DNA from: Eledone cirrhosa
Taxonomy: Eukaryota
Direction: 5' to 3'
Assembly: GCA_964016885.1 (NCBI GenBank)
Contig: OZ024740.1
Location: 130,882,001 to 130,946,000 of the forward strand
DNA length: 64,000 bases
Positions 53,857 through 64,000 of this stretch are shown one piece after another (the first letter of the stretch is position 1; each line of letters begins with the position of its first letter). Under the pieces are notes generated by a model that worked only from the letters and a program-made list of their open reading frames with translations, had not been told where the DNA came from and did no database searches. Both the position numbers and the translations under genes were made by a program.

Positions 53857-54231
53857 AAACACACATTTATGAACTATTGGTGCTCTGACATAGCGATATA
53901 TGAATAAAAGTATGTATAGAATATTTGATAATATACTGTATGTTTATCTAAAAACATTTTAAAGACCATTCGCTATGATTTTTAAAGCAGTGACTACATA
54001 ACCCTCCATTATTGGAATTGTATAAGAAACAACTTTCTAGAAGTCTCGTTAGAGGGGTATGTAATCTTAACAACGACTAGCGATCGAGAAACGGCCGTCG
54101 ATTGCTTCCGTTTGCTCTTGCCGAGACCAAGTAAGTGACGTAGTCACTACTTTAAAACTCATAGGGAATAGTCTTCACATCGTTTTAAAATAAGCATACA
54201 GTTTTTTATCAAATATTCTCTACATACATTC

Positions 54232-54264
<33 letters not shown>

Positions 54265-57200
54265 CGTGCGTGTGTGTATGGATGGGGGTATGTGTGTGTG
54301 TGTGTGTGGGAATTAATGTATTTGCCCGTACGCATATTTGTATATTTATATCTCCCTATTGAAAATAGCAGTCTTTCACGTACATACTTACCAACAATAA
54401 AATATCAATGGTCTTCTCATTATCAATGCAACGGTAGGATATAACAGAAATGTGTGAGGCTCAGAGAAATGCATTCCAGTAGTTCCTGTTCTAAATTTCG
54501 TATGTGTTCAATCTCTTTCTTTTTTTTCGGTATTCGGTGGTCTCGAAAATAGCTAACTTAGAATAATTTGGTATCTAGTATCGAATATACGCTTCCACAA
54601 AAATATTAGACTCTCTTTCTATGCTATTTCAAAAGATTTGTCTTGGATAAAACGTGTAAATTATGTTATAAATGATTTATTGTATAATGTTACGTTTATT
54701 TTCATATTCGGGACGCTTTCTCCTGCAGCACCTAGAAATATTTGGCTATCCTTACTCAGACAATGTCAATATAATGCCCATGTTTGAAAATATGTTAGTC
54801 TCGTATTCATGAATCACATTCCGTTAGTATATAAAACATAATCTATCATATTTACTATTATATGTGTTAATATATAATACAACATTTACAAGAAATAAGA
54901 TAAATTGTTGAATTATGTTTAGATGTTTTTTGTTAAGAAGTTAACGACGCATAGATTGATTGCTATCCATCATGTAATAATCCTTGTTAAATAGCAGGAA
55001 ATGCAGATTTATTCATAATGAACAGAAGTAATTAATATATATCTCTATATTCTATTTTCTTCAATGACATACTGGATGATCTCTGTGGTTTTATATATTC
55101 AACATTTAATGTGTATTATTATTTTCAATTGTATATATGTATGTCCAATATCTGCTATGCAAATATTGTTAAATAAACATCGCATCTCTAATAAATGAAA
55201 GCCATCTGAAACACTCACGGTCATTATACTCAACAATCAAATATATGAATGAGACGCCAATCAAAAGGAATACGCTAAATTGCATTGATTTGAACGGTCG
55301 CAGCCCAAGATATAGCATTGAGGGAGCCATAACTTTTGATCTACATCTTTCATCTGCCATATTGTGTTATATTAATTCATAGACTAGTATATACATTGGG
55401 TTAGATTACTTGGATGCTGTGCCCAATGCCCTTTTAGAAATAGAGAACTGAAAATGATTGTATCAATAAATGGACAATATTATCTAATCCTCATCTGGTA
55501 TCAGGTCTAGTGATACCACAGTAAAGGGACCAACTCTGTGTTTGGCGCCATTTGGGTGTTCAAGAATGTAAATAACATCTAAGATTGAACTATATTAAAA
55601 CAATGGTTATGTATTAGTTACGCCCTTTGTAACAATGTTGTTAGTAATTCATATTTCAGCTGGGCTATGAGGGAACAGCACCAATAACACACACCTGGCT
55701 CACCACAGAATTGAAACTACATAAATAATATTTATTCATTATATGTTTGTACATGTAAGTTTATAACAATGTAAATAATAAACCATTCAGAACTTGGTAA
55801 AGCTATTAAAAGTATGCCACCCAAATTTCTACCAGAAAACAGAATTATAAAGTAAATCTACCGAAAAAGCATACGCTGGGTTTCGGTGAGCCAATCTTTT
55901 TTTATCCCAGGTTTGTACGCGTATTGTCAACTAATTTGAACCCAAACATAGTCGCAATCGGTTTTCTTTCTTGTAAACGTAAAAGCGAATAGAGGACACG
56001 GATTTTAGTATAGACGGTGTTTCCTCTGTGGGCAATTGTTTTCATAGTTTTTCATGTCATTTCAACTAATCTGACATTCTTCCTCTTTTAGCTTTATAAT
56101 GTTTACTCCTAACAGATATAAGTAAACATGCAAAATATTAGAGTAGAAATTAAAATAATGCAAACTATATCACTGATAATCTGGTGAAATCAATAAATAT
56201 AGAAGAATGAACGTATCGAAGAACAAATTCAACTAAAATACAACGCGAACAATATAAAAATTCAAATAATCTGAGAAAAGAAATGGCAACGATTTTTCGA
56301 AGTAGACATGCGTTCACCAAAAACGAATTCGTCCTATTAGTTTTGTGGTTAAATCAACAAACAACAACAGAGTAATATTTTGCTGATGAACTTATACAGT
56401 GAATTCATCGGCAAAATTAAAACTATTGTTGAAGACAATATTTCCTCTGTCAACCGTAGGAGGCAGACATATTCTGCAGGATGTTCAAAGAGTTAGAAAT
56501 ACTAGTTAATATTATCTCTTATTCCATTCTATGTAACTTGAAGTGGGAAAAATCGATTACACGTTTCAAAATATTTGAAAAAGTATTTCATGTTAAGGGG
56601 ATGACAATGGACAAGGTGCATTGCAAATAATTTACACGAAAGTACAAGATATGAGTATATCAGAATATACTTACGTCTTTATGAGGTGTGATCTTTATAA
56701 ATATATGTAACTCAATAAAAGATTTTAAAAATAATGTGCATCACGTTATTCACTTCAGTATAAATTCACAAGAATCTACAGATATATTTATAAATATTTA
56801 CATTTGTCTAATAAATGTATTCAGTAGGGAACACGGTTGTATAATTTGAGATATAACATCAATATGGATGGACTCTCTTTATGATTAATTCATAATGAAC
56901 ATTTACAGAAACATCTATTGATAACACCTCAACAAATCAATGATGAAGGAGGCAAGTGTACTTCATTATATGGCTTACTCGATAGAGAGAAGATCAGAAT
57001 GTCTCTATGACTTTTAATTGATAAATATCTGCTACTTATTATTGAGCCAACCTAGCACCAGGCAGTTTTGTGCTTCTTCTCATATCTTATAATGGCAACA
57101 CTAACTTTCAATAACATTAGAAAATATTTGTTTACAGTTTGCGGCTGCAACGTGCAAATCCGAGCATACATTGATTGATAATTTAATACTTTTAAAATAT

Positions 57201-57455
57201 TTGATAATTATATAATTAATAGTGACGATATATCTAAAATGGTATTGTAAATAATATACATGATTATAAACAATATCTATGATTATAGATCAAAAGATGA
57301 CAGGAAGTATATCAACTGAAATAACCTGTAAAATAACTCTCGCTATTCTGGATATCGAATTAATCACATTCGAGCTTTAAATATATATCTGAAAGTATTA
57401 GTATTGTTTTATCTAGACCAGATCATATATACTTATATATAAGTATATATATATA

Positions 57456-57517
<62 letters not shown>

Positions 57518-57609
57518 CTTATATATATATATATATATACTTATATATATATATATATACTTATATATATAAATATACTTATATATATATATATACTTAT
57601 ATATATATA

Positions 57610-57678
<69 letters not shown>

Positions 57679-57694
57679 TTATATATATATTATA

Positions 57695-58155
57695 TTAATG
57701 AAAATGAACAAAGGAACTATTATGACATTATAACAAGTTTATTGCCGACAGCCGTTTTGTCCGACCATATGGTGGGACTTTTCAAGGCATATAACAGGTG
57801 ATTGTAAGTTCATTATTTACATCAACGTTTCACTCAAGATTAGCAGTTTGAAATTGTGGAATACATAAACAGATCCGCTTGTATATTTGGGGTCTATATT
57901 CTAAGGGGGCTCTTTTATATTAGTTGTAGGAGTTGTAAAAGGGATGGGTTATAGGGAGTTAAGAGAATTTGAAAAGGGCCTAAGATTTATGGATTGAAGG
58001 TTAAAAATTAGAGAATTTATAAGCTACGCATTAAAAGTAAAAGACTTGGGATTTCGTAGAAGCACCTTAAAAAATCCCTCAATAAGTGCATAAAGCTTAT
58101 AAGCCCCAATAAACCTAACAAACCAGAAGAGACTAAGAGACTAAAAAAAAAAAAA

Positions 58156-58190
<35 letters not shown>

Positions 58191-59878
58191 AAAAATATAA
58201 AAATATAAAAATATAAATTTTCCTAAAAAATTCCTTCAAAACAAAAAAAATGTTTTCCAAGAGATCTCGTTAAAAAATTTCAGAAAATTTACGAAGTTTT
58301 TTATAATTCCTACTAAAGTTCTAAACTCAGAAATTAAAAATTAAAAATTAAAAATTAGGGAAAAGAATTTTCAATAAGATTTAACAGGTTAATAAAGTTA
58401 ATGATTTAGGGAGTACAAAATATAAATATTAAGATTTAAGTTAGGATTTGAATTTTAAAAGTTCCAAACCCCGAAATTAAACAATTTAATGAATTTAAGA
58501 TTAAGCAATCTTATATATCCATGATTAAAAATTAACGATTAAGGGTTGAACATTACATTTAATTTAAAAAATTAAGAAATAAATAGTTGAAAGAAACTAA
58601 TCAATTAAAGGTTAATTCAAAAAGCCTTCAAAAAATCCCTCAGAAGAGGCCCCCTTAATATTTTAATAAGAACCTCTTCCGAAAGACCCTTCAAAGAATT
58701 AACATTTTAGAGAACCTTTAAAGATATGTATAAATGAATTGAGGAAAATTACAAATTAAAAGTTATAAATTACGGGATTTGGAAGATCCGAGGGATTTTC
58801 AAAGGGGTGCTTCAACAGATACAACTTACGTATAATAGATAAAGTAATTTAAGTAATTTAAGTAATCTAATTAGGGGGCACTTCAAAGAGATTATCAATT
58901 TGGGCAAGATTAAAGAAAATGATAAGTAAGAAAATATATTAGCAAAAAGACAATAATTATAAAATGTATTTTTAAGAAGGTATAAGGTAGCTTCAGTAAT
59001 CTAATAATGTACTATCAACAAACTATTATAAAATTATTAATATAGGATTAACAAAGACATAATAATATATTCCTGCCTAATTAACAAACAATCAATAAAC
59101 AATTAACAGTCAAGCAAAATTTGCTCAGGGATATGCCACGCTCGGATACTTTACACACATACAGCAACACATAGGATTAACAAAGACATAATTGTATATT
59201 CCGGTCTAATCAACAAACAATCAATAAACAATTAATGGTCATGTAAATTCACTCACGGATATCCCACGCACGGATATTTTACACACATACAGCAAGATGA
59301 ACAATACAGGTGACATTGAGGGTGCGATATCCATTGTGCGCATGTAGTCATCTGCATAGCTCCAGCCACAGTTGGTCTTGTTTAAAAGTTCAGAGTCCAC
59401 GAATCAACTGGGATTCACTATCAGCTGTGTGGACTCTCTGGGAAATGTAGCTGTGGATCAAATAGCTAGTGGTCGCAGGGTGTGGTCCGTTCGATCTTTT
59501 AGTTTCGGGGATTGCACGCGTTTGCGATAGATCAGCCTGCCAGTTCTAGATCCAAGGTCTCGCTGTATAGGATGTATTGGTGTACATGATATATTGGTAA
59601 AAAAATCCAGTATGGACTCGACTGGGGTGGTATATTGCGTCTCTCGCTGATATCCCCTCCTCTCACGAACTCCAAGCACTGACGCGACAGGTCAAATGCT
59701 AATGGCTGTCCCCTCTTTGCTTGTTGTAGGGGTCAGTTCTAGCTTAGATGGTGGTCGTGTTATCCATATTCCGTCAGCCATATATATTCAAGACAGATCA
59801 GGGTATATATTTGCGGGTATGGTCCGGCGTCTACGCTATCCAAAGGGTCTCTCTTGTGGTATTTTCAAATTCGCATCA
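57695..59878 (-). mobile_element. PLE-type 3' remnant with long AT-rich UTR and degenerate HHR, between (TA)n tracts
   Basis: HHR-like motif ~50 nt from (TA)n; ~130 bp tandem duplication 59042-59295; no intact protein motifs. Confidence 0.5.
57743..57789 (-). ncRNA. HHR with U3:A8 core and G12A lesion
   Basis: tgcc-TTGAAAA-gtcc...ggac-AAA-acggctgt-C-ggca. Confidence 0.65.
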
Positions 59879-59894
59879 TATATTATATATATAT

Positions 59895-60875
59895 ATATAT
59901 ATATTTATATACAATAAATTAACAAATGGAAACTATATTTATATAACCATATTTATTTCATTAGACATGTTTCAAGAGCAACCAAAGCAAACTATGGTGC
60001 ACTTTCATGAGATAAAATATAATAAAGGTTAGTTTTATGAATAAATATTGACATACCCTTAAAAAATGCAACCATTCTGGTAGGAATCTCCTGGATAGTG
60101 GAGTTATTAGATTTATTGTTGGTTTATTATGCAAATTATTATTAAAACAGAGGTGTAAAACAGAGGCTTAATTTAAATATACTGTTTTTTTAAATAATAT
60201 ATACTCTTTAATAATATAATTTTTAATAATATATGTTCTCTAATAATAATATAGTATAACATACATATTTAAACATTTAAACTACGGATTAACTTGATAA
60301 ATTATTAATTAAACATTATTAATTAAACATTACATAAATTCTCCAACCTAACTTTATTATTGTTTGTATCCATTTTTTTTATTAGTATATGTTTTGTATT
60401 AGTTGTTTTTTATTAGTTATTTTTTATTAGTTGTTATTATTGATTTATCCATCTTACGGTATTCATCCACTCTATATTTATTTTCTTCGTCACTTCTCTC
60501 AAAATTACGCTATTCTCTCTCACTAAAAATACTCAGGTGTCTCTCTCTCTTTCTTTCTTTCTTTCCTTCGATTTTTCTCTTTCTTTCTTTTTCCCCTATT
60601 CCAACGGCTTAATTTAAATATACTCTTTTTAACCTCTCCAACACTAATTTGCATAATAAACCAACAATAAATCTAATAACTCCACTATCCAGCAGATTCC
60701 AACCCAAATGGTTGCATCTTTTAAGGGTATGTCAATATTTATTTATAAGACTAACCTATATTATATTGTATCTGATGAAAGCGCACCAAAGTTTGCTTTG
60801 GTGGCCCTTGAAATATGTATAATGAAATACATATGGTTTTATAAATATAGTTTCCATTTGTTAATATATTGTATA
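59895..60875. mobile_element. Fold-back element with inverted HHR-bearing arms (~59895-60155, ~60625-60875)
   Basis: Arms are reverse complements; minus copy 59955-60018 has core CTCATGA. Confidence 0.78.
60765..60828 (+). ncRNA. Type I hammerhead ribozyme
   Basis: attgtat-CTGATGA-aag..caccaaag/ctttggtg..ctt-GAA-atatgtat-A-atgaaat. Confidence 0.8.
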
Positions 60876-60954
60876 TTTACTACAATAATTGTTGAGTGTT
60901 TTATATCAGTTATAAAAAAATTTAGAATGTTGTATCCCAACAAATTAAATATAA

Positions 60955-61032
<78 letters not shown>

Positions 61033-61034
<2 letters not shown>

Positions 61035-64000
61035 TAAAAGAAAAAGAGAATGCTGACAAATTTTTCACGGTGAAAAATAGTTTAATTAGAAATAATTATA
61101 GATTAGTAATAAGTATTGGTTAGTATGCAGTTTTAGTTTTAAGTTTTTACCGGTTGCGCATATCTAATGCTTTTCAAAAATAATTTTGAGATAGAGCGCC
61201 CGTGATGTTTGCTCTAATCTGATCAGTTTTGGAAATTCTACCTGTTTTATGGGAAAAAAGTGGCTCCAGAGGCATTAAGATTTGGTTGGTTGTTGAATGT
61301 CACGTGAATGAGTACTATAAATATCGCGCCAATTCGTGTTGCAAAAATTCTTGTCGTCAAAACAATTTTGATTGTTCGGTAGAGATCACGTGAACATACT
61401 CTGTTAAGTTGCTACGGAGTTTTTGTAGGAATCGGATGCTCACGCAAAAAATTCTATCTATTTGCGAAAAGACTTAGATGGAGAACTATTTTCTACGACA
61501 GATTCTGCGACAATCAGGACTTCGGTATCAAGGAGACATTCGGATTTATTACCTACAAATTTCCCCACCCCCGAACCCTTTGCTCTCACCCTTCGAGAAT
61601 GACCTCTTCCAAGAACCTCTTGAAGAACCTTAAATTCAAACCCAGACACAACCGATTCCTACAAAAACTCCGTAGCAACTTAACAGAGTATGATAACATC
61701 AATGACATCATGGTGCATTCGAATAAAACTGGGAACCTCTACTTTGTCAACCCCGACAGATACCACACGCTGATCAGGAGCAGCCTAAACTCCACCTATA
61801 AAAAGGCTAACCACTCATGCATCGAGGACATTAATCGAGATGGACAGCAAATTACCTCCAGCCTCGGGGTCGCCGACCGCACCGAACACTAGACCCACGG
61901 ACACCCTACTTCACACTGAAGGACCACAAATCCGATTTCGACCGTAAACCATCTATCAGGCTTATAAACACAACGAAGTCCGACATAGGGAGAATCAGCA
62001 AAAAAATCCTAGACCGCGTGATACCAAAAGTCAAGCAACACGCCCGACTTAGCCTATGGATCAACACCCAGGAAGTTATCTCATGGTTCAGCAATTTGGA
62101 GGATAAACGAGACAATAAATTTATCCAGTTCGACATAGAGAGCTACTATGCTTCAATCACCTTACCGTTACTTACTGCCGCCTTGGACTTCGCCGAAGCA
62201 CTTGTGCCCATCACCGACCAGGAAAGGAAAATCCTCCTCCACGCCAGGAAGACAGTCTTACTCTTTGACAACTCCAAATGGATAAAAAGAGCTCCTGACT
62301 CACCCTTAGACGTCAGCATGGGCGCTTCGGATTCGGCGGAGGTCACAGATCTTATAGGATTATTCCTTATAGCCAAACTCACCGATATGTTTTCTGCTTT
62401 CGGTGGTGGATTGTACCGTGATGATGGGCTCCTTACCATTAAAGGGTACAACCCCAGTAGTACAGATCGGGTCCGTAAACAATTAATCAGCTTCTTCCGC
62501 GACTGGGGATTTAAAATAACCCTACAAACGTCCCTGACCCGAGTTAATTTCCTGGACGTTACCCTCGATCTCAATAATGACCTGTACTACCCATACAGGA
62601 AACCCAATGACAACCTGCACTACATCCACCGCCGATATAACCATCCTAGGAACATCACCAACAACCTGGTCAAAAACATCTCCCTCCGTATATCCTGTTT
62701 GTCAGCTAATGAGAAGATATTCGATGAATATGCGCCTTACTACAACCAGGCCCTTAAGCGGAGTGGTTTCCGGGAGGAAATATCCTACTGTACAGCCCCC
62801 ATTAGCGGAACCAGCAGGCGACACCGCCGGTCACGCATTGTAACATGGTTCAATTCTCCCCACAACGCCGAGGTGACAACTCCCATCGGGCAAATTTTCT
62901 TTAGGATCATTGAAAAACACTTCCCACCACAACACCGCTACCACATCATAATTAACAAAAATACCATCAAACTCTCTTACAGCACTACACCTAACTTCGC
63001 ACAAAACATCGTCTCCTCCAACAACAAAAAACTCAACCCCGATGGAAGAAACAACCTAAATAGCAGTGGAGAGCCAACCAGGAGGTGCAACTGTCCTGAT
63101 AGATCCAGTTGCCCCCTCGACAACAGATGCAGAGACCGTAATGTGATCTACCAGTGCAACGTGAGCACGAACACCTCCAACAAAGCTTATATAGGATTAA
63201 CCGCATGCGACTTCAAGACCCGGCTATACCAACACAGACATACCTTCCGAAACCCGGCCCGGCGTCACGCCACTACACTTTCGGGCCACATATGAGACCT
63301 CAAGGACAACAACATCAACTATGATTTCACTTGGAAATTACTGTCCAGAGCCAACTCTTACACGGGAGGACGCCGTCCGTGCAATTTATGCTCGGAGGAA
63401 ACATTACAAATGCTGTTTTCGACGGACCAACTCCTAAACAAGAAAGATGAACTGGTTAGTGCATGTAAACACCGATTCTGTAGGACTTACCTCGCCTTCA
63501 AACCCCATAATGACCCGGGGGGGGGGGGTAGACTAAGACTATAACACCCCACTTGCCTATATTGTAACGGGTAAGACCTGCTTGCCAATGGAGACGTAAG
63601 ATCTTCTTTTACATTCTTTTATCGCTTCCTCTATATTTCCTCCTTCCTCCCATCCCTCCCTAGTCATTCTACCCCAGTTCCCATTCCTTGTCGTCGTCTT
63701 TTTCTCGCCCACCCGAGGTAGCCCATCGGTCCCTTGTAGTTTCAGCACCCCCACCCCCTCCTCTATTCTATGATATATTTGGGTGACTCCGCTTTTTATA
63801 GCAGAGGTGTTAGACTTCGGATACTCGCCCCCTTCTCCAACCGCTGTCCCCTTTTTTCCGTGCCTTCTATATTTCTTAGTGGCATCTTTGGTTTAATTTC
63901 TCGTTTATCCTGTATTTCTTTCTTCTTTTTCCCTTTTTTTTTGGGGGGGGGGGGTGTTCCTGTATTAATTTTCCGTTCTTTACTTTTACTTCGGACGATC
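61033..64000 (+). mobile_element. Penelope-like element (probably Hydra clade) with probable inverted 5' pseudo-LTR (61033-61222); continues past window end
   Basis: (TA)n, pseudo-LTR segment shared with 14381-14778, RT-GIY-YIG ORF, pyrimidine-rich 3' UTR. Confidence 0.93.
61440..63536 (+). pseudogene. Nearly intact PLE RT + GIY-YIG ORF (few frameshifts, TGA at 63293)
   Basis: KRLRWR, NKTGN, LKDHK, FIQFDIESYY, DVSMGASDSAE, GGLYRDDGL, NFLDVTLDL, WFNSP, CNCPDRSSCPLDNRC, VIY...YIGLT..FKTR..QH, CNLC, LLNKKDEL. Confidence 0.95.

Noticed and set aside
54080-55360. Possible promoter or first exon (tgacgt, gtaagt) and 63 aa minus-strand ORF
   Set aside because: Short motifs expected by chance; no supporting homology
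56378-56417. Hairpin containing CTGATGA
   Set aside because: The motif is inside the stem; no hammerhead topology
61298-61395. PLE internal promoter (two cacgtg boxes, tataaata)
   Set aside because: Plausible position but motifs too short to support without TSS data
63293-63295. In-frame TGA as selenocysteine
   Set aside because: Aligns with Trp (HIWDIK in the 30237 element); simple nonsense mutation

Overview
AT-rich eukaryotic genomic DNA with no recognisable host gene, rRNA, tRNA gene or CRISPR array. The tRNA-derived SINEs and (TA)n/(TG)n richness resemble coleoid cephalopod (octopus-like) DNA; this is my inference. Most ORF-track entries are microsatellite artefacts. The window is dominated by Penelope-like retroelements (PLEs: RT with GxYRDD plus C-terminal GIY-YIG, probably Hydra clade) and non-coding derivatives that usually end in (TA)n, together with RTE and Tx1-like LINE fragments, SINEs and a non-autonomous Helitron. 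Reading by eye I find about 33 type I hammerhead ribozyme (HHR) motifs (some degenerate or partial) plus several half-motifs. The most striking object is a >=11.9 kb head-to-head array of ~1.32 kb non-coding units, each with one HHR and a structured GC-richer domain, ending in (TA)n: a candidate large retrozyme-like element mobilised by PLEs. Other highlights are a ~455 nt HHR monomer whose 5' end nearly coincides with its own predicted cleavage site, fold-back palindromes centred on HHR helix II, and three recurring non-canonical HHR cores (U3:A8, U10.1-U11.1, an extra nucleotide after A9). All structures were assigned manually; no folding or database search was run, and boundaries are approximate.
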